DNA of 64,000 nucleotides from an uncultured Verrucomicrobiae bacterium (GTDB lineage: Bacteria > Verrucomicrobiota > Verrucomicrobiia > Chthoniobacterales > JAFAMB01): NCBI GenBank assembly GCA_963762565.1, contig CAVXLD010000004.1:96001-160000 (forward strand), read 5' to 3'. Each line of letters starts with the position of its first letter. Position 1 is the stretch's first letter. Below are positions 20,703 to 30,425 of this stretch, piece by piece. The translations under genes were made by a program, and so were the position numbers. The notes below the pieces were generated by a model, which ran no database searches, was not told the origin of the DNA, and was given only the letters and a program-made list of their open reading frames with translations.

Positions 20703-21563
20703 ATGATCCCCACGATTTTTGCTCTGGTCGTTCTCGCCGCCTTTATTCACGCCTTTTGGAACATCTTACTTAAACGCGTTCAGGGCGGATTATCGTTTAC
20801 TTGGTCCGTTAGCATCTTTCAGACGGTCGTCTTTGCGCCCTGGGTCGTCTGGGTGATCTGGACAGAAAGACCGGCTCTGGGCTCCGTCGAATTGGCCTTT
20901 ATCGCGGGGAGCGCGGTGATCCACATCGCTTACTACTATTTTCTTCAATGGGGTTATCGGGTCGGTGATATTTCATTAGTGTATCCGATCGCCCGGGGGA
21001 GCGGCCCCATGCTTTCCTCGTTGGCAGCAATCATTATCTTAGGCGAGCGGCCGGGATGGTTTGGAATTCTCGGGATTGTAGCCATCGGTGTTGGTATCTT
21101 CTTTTTGACCAATGGGGGCAGGACAGATGGGCGACCAAGGATCACTGCTGCGGTCGTTGCCGGCCTCTTAACCGGCCTGTCGATCGCCGCTTATACGGTC
21201 TGGGACAAATACGCGGTCAGCTCGGTCAAGGTTTCGCCGGTTCTGTTAGATCTGTTGGCCAATCCAATCCTGGCGTTGCTGTTGACACCAACGGTTTGGT
21301 ATCAGCGGAAAGATATCGTCCGGTACTGGACGAAGAACCGAGCTGAGTTATTGGGTGTGACCCTCGCAAATCCGATCTCTTACATCCTGATCCTAACCGT
21401 GATGACTGTCGCTCCAGTTAGCCAGATCGCTCCCATGCGCGAAGTCAGCACGTTGATCGGCGCGTTTATTGGTGGCCATTTGTTCGCTGAGAAAAATCTG
21501 AACCGACGCTTGGCGGCGGCTTCGATTATCGTGCTGGGCGTGTTAGTAATAGCTCATGGATAG
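20703..21563 (+). CDS. EamA/DMT family transporter
   Basis: About 10 transmembrane segments; YRVGDISLVYPIARG and APMREVS motifs. Confidence 0.92.
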   Translation: MIPTIFALVVLAAFIHAFWNILLKRVQGGLSFTWSVSIFQTVVFAPWVVWVIWTERPALGSVELAFIAGSAVIHIAYYYFLQWGYRVGDISLVYPIARGSGPMLSSLAAIIILGERPGWFGILGIVAIGVGIFFLTNGGRTDGRPRITAAVVAGLLTGLSIAAYTVWDKYAVSSVKVSPVLLDLLANPILALLLTPTVWYQRKDIVRYWTKNRAELLGVTLANPISYILILTVMTVAPVSQIAPMREVSTLIGAFIGGHLFAEKNLNRRLAAASIIVLGVLVIAHG

Positions 21564-21570
21564 CGACTAA

Positions 21571-21602
21571 ACGTACGTGTTGTGATTGATTTTGACGTAC
21601 GT
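21571..21602 (+). promoter_or_regulatory. Putative toxin-antitoxin operator/promoter
   Basis: Palindrome ACGTACGT occurs twice (21571, 21595); the second overlaps a TTGACG -35-like hexamer. Confidence 0.5.
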
Positions 21603-21626
21603 TTCGGTGAGTGTTATCGATTAGAC

Positions 21627-21857
21627 ATGGTCGTAAAGCCTTCTCAGCTGCGGGCAGATCTTTATCGGCTACTTGATCGCGTGCTCAAGACTGGGGAACC
21701 AATCGAGATCGACCGGGGTGGGAAAACGCTTCTTTTGGTCCCCAAAGAAAAGAAAAGTAAGCTGGATAATCTCGTCAAACGTAACGTGATTGTCGGGGAC
21801 CCTGAAGATTTGGTTCACATGGATTGGTCGAAGGGTTGGCGCGGTGATCTACCTTGA
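21627..21857 (+). CDS. Phd/YefM family antitoxin
   Basis: SQLRADLYRLLDRVLKTGEPIEIDRGG; overlaps the PIN toxin start. Confidence 0.85.
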   Translation: MVVKPSQLRADLYRLLDRVLKTGEPIEIDRGGKTLLLVPKEKKSKLDNLVKRNVIVGDPEDLVHMDWSKGWRGDLP

Positions 21858-22218
21858 TACACACGTCGTCGTTTGGCTATATGCCGGCGAACACGCGCGT
21901 CTGAGCCGCGCCGTTAGAAGGCTTCTCGAATCAGAGCCATTGCTAATCTCACCGATATTGTTGCTCGAATTGGCGTTATTGGAGGAGACTAGCCGAATAC
22001 AAATCGGACCTGAGACCATCTTCAAAGAACTCGAAGCTTCGCTCGGCCTTTCATTGTGCGACCTGCCATTTGCCGAGGTGGCGGCAGCTTCTTTGCCACA
22101 AAGATGGACCCGAGATCCATTTGACCGGCTAATGGTGGGACAGGCGATAGCTCGGGGAGTGAGACTAATCACAAAAGATCGCCTTATCCGGCAGCACTTC
22201 CGAGGCGCGATCTGGTAA
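21844..22218 (+). CDS. vapC: PIN-domain VapC toxin
   Basis: YLDTHVVVW, ISPILLLEL, RDPFDR and LITKD motifs; GTG start at 21844. Confidence 0.92.
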   Translation: MIYLDTHVVVWLYAGEHARLSRAVRRLLESEPLLISPILLLELALLEETSRIQIGPETIFKELEASLGLSLCDLPFAEVAAASLPQRWTRDPFDRLMVGQAIARGVRLITKDRLIRQHFRGAIW

Positions 22219-22330
22219 GACGGTATCCAGGCAGAGGTTGAGGGCTGGGGCGATTATTACCGGCATTTGCAATTGACTCACGCCCATAGGGTTGTGCTAG
22301 AGTTGCACTTCCTTCCTAGAGGACCCGACT

Positions 22331-22951
22331 ATGTCATCTTCAGCTCCGTTGTCCTGGGATTTCGACGCAGATTATCTCCAGGCTTGTAATTGCGATTACG
22401 GGTGCCCGTGCGAGTTTAACGCTCCGCCGACACCCGGTTTCTGTGAAGGCACAGGGACATGGCGAATTAAAACCGGTAAATGCGGGAACGTTTCGTTGGA
22501 TGGCCTCTGCCTGGGTTTTGCCGCGCATTGGCCAAAGGCGATCCACTTGGGCGGCGGAACCGTTACGATCTTCATCGACGAACGCGCCAATCAAGAGCAA
22601 CGTGAGGCACTAGAGAATATCGCCTTCGGCAAGCTGGGAGGGCTCCCGTTCGAGATCCTGGCCACGACCTTCTCTGCCGTTCAACCGACCCGTTTTGTTC
22701 CTTTCGAATTTCATTTGGATGGGCGTAATAGCCGGGCGCGAATCGGCGAGGATATCGCTTTCAATTTGGAGCCCGTTAAAAATCCGGTCACAGGTGATCC
22801 GGAATTTGTCCGGATCGAACACGCTACGGGATTTATTTTTAAGGGTGCAGAAGTGGTTTCGGCAAACGATCTCCGCGTCTCGAGCGGCACGATCAATTTC
22901 CAATACACGAATAAGGCAGGCTTCGTGACCGATGTCCATTACCACAACTAG
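22331..22951 (+). CDS. DUF1326 domain protein
   Basis: CNCDYGCPC...PTPGFC motif. Confidence 0.88.
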   Translation: MSSSAPLSWDFDADYLQACNCDYGCPCEFNAPPTPGFCEGTGTWRIKTGKCGNVSLDGLCLGFAAHWPKAIHLGGGTVTIFIDERANQEQREALENIAFGKLGGLPFEILATTFSAVQPTRFVPFEFHLDGRNSRARIGEDIAFNLEPVKNPVTGDPEFVRIEHATGFIFKGAEVVSANDLRVSSGTINFQYTNKAGFVTDVHYHN

Positions 22952-22976
22952 CGCCGGCTAGCCGAAGTGCGGTCAA

Positions 22977-23783
22977 ATGGAAACCGTGATCCAGGCGGTG
23001 GCGCAGCGGGACCGTTTAGTGGTTGGCGTTGCGCTGGTCGGTATTGCCGGCGTGACATGGTATAACCTGGCGGACGAGGCAGCAAAATTCTCCGCCACTG
23101 GCGTCTGCCACTGCGCGTCAATGATGCTCGGCGGGCCAGACGCCTCGCCCTGGTCACCGGTAACTCTAGTACCGCTTTTCCTGATGTGGACGGAGATGAT
23201 GGTGGCAATGATGCTGCCGGCAGTCACGCCATTGGTTCTGCTTTTTTCGAAGGTTGCACGTACCCGAGCCGAACGCGGGCAACCCTATGTTTCCACGGCA
23301 TTCTTTGTTTCCGGATATTTTGCCGTGTGGACCGCGTTCAGTCTCGGCGCCGCTGTGGCCCAATGGATCCTACACGGCGCCACGCTCCTATCCCCGCAGA
23401 TGACCACTAATAACTCGCTGGTTAGCGGCGCATTTCTGATTGCCGCCGGCGCCTTCCAGTTTTCGCCTCTAAAAAGCGCGTGTCTGGCTCATTGCCGATC
23501 ACCCTTGACCTTCCTCATGACCGATTGGCGCAACGGGCGCGCCGGAGCGTTTTTTATGGGATGGAAGCACGGATGGTTCTGCACCGCATGCTGCTGGCTG
23601 TTGATGGTCCTGCTCTTCGTGGTCGGTGTTATGAATCTCCTTTGGATTGCGCTGCTTGCCTTGTTCGCTCTGTCGGAACGCATCGCGCCAAAGAGCTGGC
23701 GCCTGTCACAGATAACAGGCTTGGTTCTAGTCTGTGCCGGGGTGTGGTTCCTGGCGTCGCCGCTATTTGTTACAACGCGCTAA
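22977..23783 (+). CDS. DUF2182 predicted metal-binding membrane protein
   Basis: MWxxMMVAMMLP, QFSPLKSACLAHCRSP and CCWLLM motifs; usual partner of DUF1326. Confidence 0.9.
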   Translation: METVIQAVAQRDRLVVGVALVGIAGVTWYNLADEAAKFSATGVCHCASMMLGGPDASPWSPVTLVPLFLMWTEMMVAMMLPAVTPLVLLFSKVARTRAERGQPYVSTAFFVSGYFAVWTAFSLGAAVAQWILHGATLLSPQMTTNNSLVSGAFLIAAGAFQFSPLKSACLAHCRSPLTFLMTDWRNGRAGAFFMGWKHGWFCTACCWLLMVLLFVVGVMNLLWIALLALFALSERIAPKSWRLSQITGLVLVCAGVWFLASPLFVTTR

Positions 23784-23911
23784 GTCTGCGGTGGCTGCTA
23801 GTGTTGGAAAGATCAGCGCTGCGGGCTCTGGTAAAGGATGGGACCTATACGACCTATAGGACTTATAGGTTCGGAGCGGCTTGGATTGCCCGGCGACAGT
23901 GGAATGCCCCG

Positions 23912-25444
23912 CTACTTCTTCTGCAGCAGACTATGGCCGGTCATTTGCTTTGGCTGTGATAACCCTAGCATTTCTAACAAAGTCGGAGCCACATCGGCTA
24001 AGATGCCGTCCTTCAGAGTGAACTGATCGGCATCGGCAGCGACATAAAGGAAATGAACGAGGTTAGTGGTATGAGCAGTGTTCGGTGATCCGTCCGGGTT
24101 CCGCATCAACTCACAGTTGCCATGATCGGCAGTAACCAAGGCTTTGCCATCTACGCGGAGCACTTCCTCGATCACTTGACGCACACAATCGTCGATCGTC
24201 TCCACTGCCGTAATACCGGCCTCAACCACTCCGGTATGGCCCACCATGTCCGGGTTAGCAAAATTCAATATCACCAGATCATAATCTTTGAGCCGCTTCA
24301 CGACTTCGCTGGTGACTTCCCTCGCGCTCATTTCCGGCCTCAGATCGTAAGTGGCCACCTTTGGCGAAGGGATGATCACCCGGTCTTCCTTGTCGAATGG
24401 TTTCTCAACGCCACCATTAAAGAAGTAAGTAACGTGCGGGTATTTCTCCGTCTCGGCGATCCGCAATTGGCGCTTCCCGGTATCGCTCACCACTTTCCCC
24501 AGGATCTCCTCCAACGATTGCGGATGAAAAACCACCGGACATTGATAGGTCTCATCGTAGACCGTTAGGGTCACGTAGTGCACGCGCACAAAGGCTCCCC
24601 GATCGAAGTCAGAGAAATCCGGAAACAGAAATGCGCGGGAAAGTTGTCGAGCCCGGTCCGCGCGAAAATTAAAGAAGAACACCACGTCACCGTCACGAAC
24701 CCGTTGCTGATCAGGCAGATCAAAGATTAACGGCTTCAGGAATTCGTCGGTCTCGCCGGTTTCGTAGCGTTTGCGAACCGCCGCTTCTGCGTCCGACTGG
24801 CTAACCTCGCCTTTCCCCCAAACAATAGCATCCCATGCGAGTTTGGTTCGGTCCCAGCGTTTATCGCGGTCCATTGCGAAATAACGCCCGATCACCGTCG
24901 CGATCTTAGCGCCGGTATCATGGATACCTTTTTGAACCGTCTCGAGATAACCAGCGCCACCGGTGGGTGAAGTATCGCGGCCATCGGTGACGGCGTGGAT
25001 AAGGATGTCTTTCACTCCCGCTTTAGCAGCAGCCTGTACCAAGCCGATCAAATGATCCTGATGGCTATGAACACCACCATCCGAAACTAGCCCCAGAAAA
25101 TGTAACCGTGCTTGTTTCGCTTGGGAAAAAACTTCCGCCAAAACCGGGTTCCGATTTAGCTCTCCTTCCTCAATCGCTTTATTAATCCGGGTAAGATCTT
25201 GGTACACAATCCGGCCAGCGCCGAGATTCAGGTGACCCACTTCGGAATTACCCATCTGTCCGTCCGGCAATCCGACGTCCATCCCGCTGGCGCTCAAACG
25301 GCTCATCGGATACGTCTTGTACAGCTGATCGTGAAATGGCGTTCGAGCGAGTAAGGTCGCGTTCCCATCCGCTTCGGCGCCTTCTTTACCGTGAGGATTA
25401 ATCCCCCAACCGTCCCGGATGATCAGAATAACGGGTTTACCCAT
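23912..25444 (-). CDS. gpmI: 2,3-bisphosphoglycerate-independent phosphoglycerate mutase
   Basis: DGWG, GQMGNSEVGH, AETEKYPHVT, NPDMVGH and TADHGN; likely start MGKPVIL at 25444. Confidence 0.97.
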   Translation of the reverse strand: MGKPVILIIRDGWGINPHGKEGAEADGNATLLARTPFHDQLYKTYPMSRLSASGMDVGLPDGQMGNSEVGHLNLGAGRIVYQDLTRINKAIEEGELNRNPVLAEVFSQAKQARLHFLGLVSDGGVHSHQDHLIGLVQAAAKAGVKDILIHAVTDGRDTSPTGGAGYLETVQKGIHDTGAKIATVIGRYFAMDRDKRWDRTKLAWDAIVWGKGEVSQSDAEAAVRKRYETGETDEFLKPLIFDLPDQQRVRDGDVVFFFNFRADRARQLSRAFLFPDFSDFDRGAFVRVHYVTLTVYDETYQCPVVFHPQSLEEILGKVVSDTGKRQLRIAETEKYPHVTYFFNGGVEKPFDKEDRVIIPSPKVATYDLRPEMSAREVTSEVVKRLKDYDLVILNFANPDMVGHTGVVEAGITAVETIDDCVRQVIEEVLRVDGKALVTADHGNCELMRNPDGSPNTAHTTNLVHFLYVAADADQFTLKDGILADVAPTLLEMLGLSQPKQMTGHSLLQKK

Positions 25445-25519
25445 CGGTGAGACGTGAGAAGTGAGAGGTGAGGAGTGATTGGTGGAAGCGGCCAGCCTCG
25501 CCTTGGGCTCGCTCACATC

Positions 25520-25592
25520 GCGATAGCCGAAAGCCAATAGCCAAAAATCAATGCCAGTTCTTGGCTATCGGCTATTTAGCTATTGGCTATTC
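25520..25592. repeat. Inverted heptamer arrays (atagcc(a/g) / ggctatt)
   Basis: gatagccgaaagccaatagccaa faces ttggctatcggctatttagctattggctat; same family at 39868-39960. Confidence 0.7.
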
Positions 25593-25614
25593 GAACGAGC
25601 CTGAGGCGAGTTCG

Positions 25615-25707
25615 TTAGCGTTTAGCGGCTTTGGCTGCGTTTTTCTTTCTCTGCAGATAGTCGCGACGGCGACGGCGCTTTTCGACTTTGTTGAGCTGTT
25701 TTCCCAT
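25615..25707 (-). CDS. 30-aa highly basic small protein (not in ORF track)
   Basis: Hand translation MGKQLNKVEKRRRRRDYLQRKKNAAKAAKR; aagggc SD-like sequence upstream. Confidence 0.65.
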   Translation of the reverse strand: MGKQLNKVEKRRRRRDYLQRKKNAAKAAKR

Positions 25708-25767
25708 TGAGTCTGCCCTTACGTGACCGGGCCGACGATGTCAAATGCGATGCATCCTTGGTGGGGT

Positions 25768-26028
25768 GAGGCGAATGGGCGAAACGGCGAATGGGCGAAA
25801 CGGCGATGGGGCGATCTGAGCTGCGAAGCGCTGGCTAGATTGAAGCCTCGGGTGAGTCTGCGCGCCCCAGGTATGGTTTTAGAAAGGCGTTCCGAACTGA
25901 AGGTGCGAAAAAGACAGGGGTCGTATCCTACAATAAGTTTGCACTCTGAATAGGCGCGTTCTGCCGCACCTTGAGCGCGTCGCGCCTCCTAATCGCCCCT
26001 TCGCCCATTCGCCCATTCGCCGTTTCGC
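25768..26028. repeat. Element bounded by inverted gcgaa(t/a)(g/c)gg tandem repeats
   Basis: ggcgaatgggcgaaacggcgaatgggcgaaacggcg, with its reverse complement at ~26000-26028. Confidence 0.7.
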
Positions 26029-26038
26029 TCCTACTCCC

Positions 26039-27778
26039 CTACCGCGCTACCAACTCACCCTCGCGCGGCGCTTCCACGTGAAACTGTTCCGGCTTCGGCC
26101 GCGGACCGTTCACATGGGCTCTGCCCCAATAATCGGTAAAGGTTTCGCCTTGGAATCGTTCCCGAACAAACTCTTCAAGAAGGTCCCGGACTCGGTCCGG
26201 GATCTCTGCCAGCGTGATAGATTTTTGCTGAAGACCAACCAAGCGTTCGCCGGTAAGCGCGCCGCCAACATAAAGCGCATATTTCCCTGGCGCCCGGCCA
26301 ACGAAGGCGATATCCGCATTATAAGGGCGGGCACAGCCGTTGGGACATCCAGTCATCCGGATCAGAATCGGTTCTTCAGAAAGTCCCAGGTCGGTCATAA
26401 CCGCTTCGATCTTATCGAGGACCCCGGGAAAAACTCTCTCGCTCTCTGCCAGCGCCATACCGCAGGTCGGCAACGCCACACAGGCCTGGGCCAGCTGACG
26501 CACCGGAGTGAGGTCTTCCGGCCGCGGGATACCATGCTCAACCAGGATCTTATCAACCGCCGCTTTCTGCGATGGATCGATATTGTAAAAGCTCAGGTTA
26601 CAATTGGTAGTCAATCGAACAGGAAACCCGAACTCGGTTGCAATTTTGGCAAAAGCGCTCCGAATGTTCGTCCCCTCGCCGTCCTTGATCCTTCCCTCCT
26701 GGATCCAAATCCCGCAGAACAGTTTTCCGTCGCCCTGCTCGTGCCAACCCAATAGATCGCTAACCGTGTCCCACCGAACCTCCTTGGGAGCCTGGAGAGC
26801 GAAAGACAAGCGAGCCTGTACCTCCTGTTTGAACCACTCAATCCCTTTCTCTTCGATCAGATATTTCAGCCGGGCACGCTTCCGATCCGTTCGATTACCA
26901 AAGTCGCGTTGCACCGTAACCACGGCGACCGCGGTCTGGATCACTTGGTCGCGTTGTACATAGGCTAATGGTTTGGCCAACGCCGGATAAGTATCCTGTT
27001 TGCCGTGGGTCATGCCGAAGCCGCCGCCTGCTACAACGGTATACCCTTTAACCTCGCCTTTTTCGACGTGGGCTAGAAAGCCGAGGTCGTTTGCGTAAAC
27101 GTCGACATCGTTCCGAGGTGGAATGGCGATCGCGATCTTAAATTTACGAGGCAGATACTGCTTTCCGTAGACCGGTTCTTCGCTCGCGCCCGCCACCTCG
27201 GATGAGCCAGAGCTCGTCTCCACAGGAATTTTCTCGCCGTTCAGCCAGATATCGGCGTAAGCCGTTGACCTCGGCAGGAATGCCTGGCTGATCTCCTTAG
27301 CCAACCGCTGGGTATCGCGATGGGGGGCATCGTTGATCGGCGTAGCCGGAGCGATCGTATTTCGTACCACGTCGCCGCAAGCGCCCCAAGTTGTCACTCC
27401 GGACTCGTTGATCCGCCGGATGCATTCTTTCAAATCGCCCTTCAGGACACCGTGCGTTTGGAAGCCTTGACGGGTCGTGATGCGCAAGGTGCCGTTCCCG
27501 AGATCTCCTGCGAGCTTGTCGTGTTCGAGATATTGGGCCGCGGTCAAATCTCCGCCGGGCAATTTCGATCGCACCATGAACATCCAGGCTTTATCTTGAT
27601 TTTGGGCTTTTCGGGCGGCCCGCTGATCGCGATCGTCCTGTTGATAGGTTCCGTGGAACTTCAATAGCTGATATTCGTCCTCGGGAAAGTGGCTAGAGTC
27701 ATCGGCCAGGGTCTCCTGGATCGTGCCCCTCAGCGATCGGCTTTCAGCCTTGATTTCCTCAACGTTCTTTGATGACAT
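26039..27778 (-). CDS. cysI: Sulfite reductase hemoprotein subunit (siroheme, 4Fe-4S)
   Basis: KFHGTYQQD, LPRKFKIA, ACVALPTC and TGCPNGC; likely start MSSKNVEE at 27778. Confidence 0.92.
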   Translation of the reverse strand: MSSKNVEEIKAESRSLRGTIQETLADDSSHFPEDEYQLLKFHGTYQQDDRDQRAARKAQNQDKAWMFMVRSKLPGGDLTAAQYLEHDKLAGDLGNGTLRITTRQGFQTHGVLKGDLKECIRRINESGVTTWGACGDVVRNTIAPATPINDAPHRDTQRLAKEISQAFLPRSTAYADIWLNGEKIPVETSSGSSEVAGASEEPVYGKQYLPRKFKIAIAIPPRNDVDVYANDLGFLAHVEKGEVKGYTVVAGGGFGMTHGKQDTYPALAKPLAYVQRDQVIQTAVAVVTVQRDFGNRTDRKRARLKYLIEEKGIEWFKQEVQARLSFALQAPKEVRWDTVSDLLGWHEQGDGKLFCGIWIQEGRIKDGEGTNIRSAFAKIATEFGFPVRLTTNCNLSFYNIDPSQKAAVDKILVEHGIPRPEDLTPVRQLAQACVALPTCGMALAESERVFPGVLDKIEAVMTDLGLSEEPILIRMTGCPNGCARPYNADIAFVGRAPGKYALYVGGALTGERLVGLQQKSITLAEIPDRVRDLLEEFVRERFQGETFTDYWGRAHVNGPRPKPEQFHVEAPREGELVAR

Positions 27779-27894
27779 GGCGACTAATCCTAGAAAATAC
27801 TTATTCTCCCTAGGGATATAGTCTATTTGCCTCAAGGTGCAAACTGAATCGGTGAGCGCCGTGCGTCCACAAGGAAGGACAAACTCGGTTCGCA

Positions 27895-28153
27895 CTCGTT
27901 CTCGTCCTCGTCCTCGACTTTGCTAGGGCGAGGCTCCCGAATTGTCCAACGGTTCGAACGAAGCGTTCGGTAATACCCGCCTCTATCGCGCCGTTACGTC
28001 TGGAATCGCGCCGAGCCGTGGTCCATCGTGGGCCACGGCTCGGCGCGTCTTTCGGCCTTGCTCATTCAACTCTCGGCGTTCGCACGGTGCACCCTTGGTC
28101 AATCGTCGCGCTATTCGGGAGCCTCGCCCTACCAAAGTCGAGGACGAGAACGA
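27895..28153. repeat. REPIN-like element (tagggcgaggctccc ... gggagcctcgccctacc) nested in tcgtcc/ggacga repeats
   Basis: Inverted arms at ~27924 and ~28117; internal gccgagccg/cggctcggc hairpin. Confidence 0.85.
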
Positions 28154-28242
28154 TTGACGGGGGTGCGTGCACAGCTGGTGGATCCATCACAAATCATTTG
28201 GACCTTTAGATCCTCCATGTCCCTCACATGCGTACCTATAAC

Positions 28243-28635
28243 ATGAAACGATTGATCCTTTTAGGCTGGCTATTCTGGGCGGTGATCGCTAACGCGGGAC
28301 AGCCAGTATTACAGTTCAACATGACGAGCACCGGCGGCGCACCGGTTACTTACGTCTTCAATCTTCCAGACGACTATCTTGCAGCTCAGCCCCCGGTCGA
28401 AGACCTGCATGGGAAGCTACAACATCAAGCTGGTGTCGCCGCAATAACTTGGGCAAAGGACTTTTACGGCGCCCGTGATGTGTTTCTGACCGGCGTTGAT
28501 CTTAAAGAATCACCAGCTCCTTATTTCTTGGCGAAGTTCAATGGTGAGGTCGGCGGTCAACGCCAAGAATTTTACGCTGTGGTACTTGTGTCCGGTACGA
28601 TAGTGGAGCCAAGCCAACTGGTAGCCGCTCAATAG
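28243..28635 (+). CDS. Secreted hypothetical protein
   Basis: Signal peptide MKRLILLGWLFWAVIANA. Confidence 0.75.
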   Translation: MKRLILLGWLFWAVIANAGQPVLQFNMTSTGGAPVTYVFNLPDDYLAAQPPVEDLHGKLQHQAGVAAITWAKDFYGARDVFLTGVDLKESPAPYFLAKFNGEVGGQRQEFYAVVLVSGTIVEPSQLVAAQ

Positions 28636-28651
28636 CCAGCCCGCCAGCCCT

Positions 28652-29482
28652 CTATTTAAGTCCGGCGGCAGCCATCACGCCTTGCGTGACCCTCTTTTGG
28701 AACAACAGATAAGCGGCTGCCGTCGGAATCGATGCTAAAACACCTGTGGCGCAGATTTTAGCAAAAGCGACCCCGTAAGCTGACTGAACCTGAGTCATCC
28801 CGACCGGAACCGTGAGCATCGGAGTCGAGTTGGTAACAATCAGCGGCCACAAGAAATTGTTCCAAGCGCCGATAAAGATGATGATGCTCATCGCCCAGAC
28901 AATGCTCCAGTTAACGGGTAGATAAATCTTGAAGAGAATCTTGAACTCGCTCGCCCCATCGATCAGGGCGGCGTCACGAAAATCGCGAGGCACTTCGTCG
29001 AAGAACTGCTTAAAGACGATCACCGCCAACGGAGTAGCCACTTGCGGAGCAATTAAACCGGCAAAGGTATTCACGAAATTGAGCTGCGTCATAAACATAA
29101 ACAGCGGAACCGCCATCGTGGCGAAGGGCAGCATAAAACCCACCAGCAAGGCCGCATAAAGCAACCGTTTTCCCCAAAACTCAAGCCGGGAGAGCGCGTA
29201 CGCGCACATGAGGGAACAGAGAATACATAAGAAAGTCACACTAACTGACGTGATGACAGTATTGAGGTACCAGCGAAAGAACGGGCTATTCTGGATAATA
29301 TAGACAAAAGCGTCAAAGTTAGGCGGCCAGGGAAAAAGGGTGGGCGGGTTAACAATCGTATCCGTTTCAGCTTTCAGAGAGGTGGCTCCCATCCAATAGA
29401 CCGGAAAGAGCCACGCGATCGCGAGGATCACCGTAAAGACAGTGCAAACAATTCCTAAGATCGATGGTTTTCCGGTTTTCAT
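28652..29482 (-). CDS. Carbohydrate ABC transporter permease (MalG-like)
   Basis: DAALIDGASE EAA loop; AWNNFLWPL. Confidence 0.95.
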   Translation of the reverse strand: MKTGKPSILGIVCTVFTVILAIAWLFPVYWMGATSLKAETDTIVNPPTLFPWPPNFDAFVYIIQNSPFFRWYLNTVITSVSVTFLCILCSLMCAYALSRLEFWGKRLLYAALLVGFMLPFATMAVPLFMFMTQLNFVNTFAGLIAPQVATPLAVIVFKQFFDEVPRDFRDAALIDGASEFKILFKIYLPVNWSIVWAMSIIIFIGAWNNFLWPLIVTNSTPMLTVPVGMTQVQSAYGVAFAKICATGVLASIPTAAAYLLFQKRVTQGVMAAAGLK

Positions 29483-30369
29483 CTGACCGGTTTGACGCGC
29501 AGCAGGCGCGACTGAACAAGGGAGACAACTACAATGATTACTACGAGAGCTATCGCCACCGCGGAGGCGTATCCTCCTCGACCCTGTTGGAATGCCTCTC
29601 GGTACATGTAAAGCAGCACCACCGTGGTAGCATTGGACGGCCCGCCGAATGTCAGCAGATAGACCTGATCAAAGATTTTAAATTGAGCGATCAGCTGCAG
29701 AATCAGAACCAGGCTAGCCACAGGCCAGATCAAAGGACAGGTCACAAATAGAAACCGCTGGAAACCGGTAGCCCCATCGAGAGCTGCGGCTTCGTAGTAT
29801 TCGAGCGGAATATTTTGGAGCCCGGCGATAAACAGCAGCATGTTAAACCCAACCGTCCACCAGATGGTAACCAAAGCGACGCCCGGCATGGCAAAACCAG
29901 CATCTCCGAACCAAGCGGTGTTGGTCCCGAGCAGATTATTCACGATGCCAAAATTCGCATCTAACATCCAAAGAGCGATGCAGTTGGTAACAACGCTCAC
30001 GGGAAGCACGTAGGGCAAGAAAAGAGCCGATAAGATCGGCAGACGCAGGCGCTTCAACCGCAACACAAGCAGCGCTAAAAAGAACCCGACGGCGGTGTTA
30101 GGAACCACCGTCAAAACAACAAAATAAACGGTGTGCCCCACCGCCACCCAAAATTCCTGGTCGAAAATTAGTTCGTGGTAGTTAGCCAGCCCAGTGAAAT
30201 GGCCCTGTCCGGCGATGTCGGAGTTCGTTAAACTCAGGTAAACGACCCGCAACGCCGGATAAATCAGGAACAATACGTAGAACAACAGAAACGGGCCAAC
30301 AAACGCGTACGCGACCCAGGCATTCCTCTTCCGCTTATTCTGTGAGCCGTTCGGTTCAGCTGGCGGCAT
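29479..30369 (-). CDS. Carbohydrate ABC transporter permease (MalF-like)
   Basis: AGLQNIPLEYYEAAALDGA; FDQVYLLTFGGP. Confidence 0.95.
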   Translation of the reverse strand: MPPAEPNGSQNKRKRNAWVAYAFVGPFLLFYVLFLIYPALRVVYLSLTNSDIAGQGHFTGLANYHELIFDQEFWVAVGHTVYFVVLTVVPNTAVGFFLALLVLRLKRLRLPILSALFLPYVLPVSVVTNCIALWMLDANFGIVNNLLGTNTAWFGDAGFAMPGVALVTIWWTVGFNMLLFIAGLQNIPLEYYEAAALDGATGFQRFLFVTCPLIWPVASLVLILQLIAQFKIFDQVYLLTFGGPSNATTVVLLYMYREAFQQGRGGYASAVAIALVVIIVVVSLVQSRLLRVKPVR

Positions 30370-30425
30370 TGCGGGAGGAACCGACTCTGAGTAAGTTTGG
30401 GAACGCGTAGCGCGTTACTTGACTG

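Noticed and set aside
25445..25537. N-terminal extension of GpmI in the ORF track
   Set aside because: It is translated intergenic repeat; a good ATG lies at 25444 just before the conserved start
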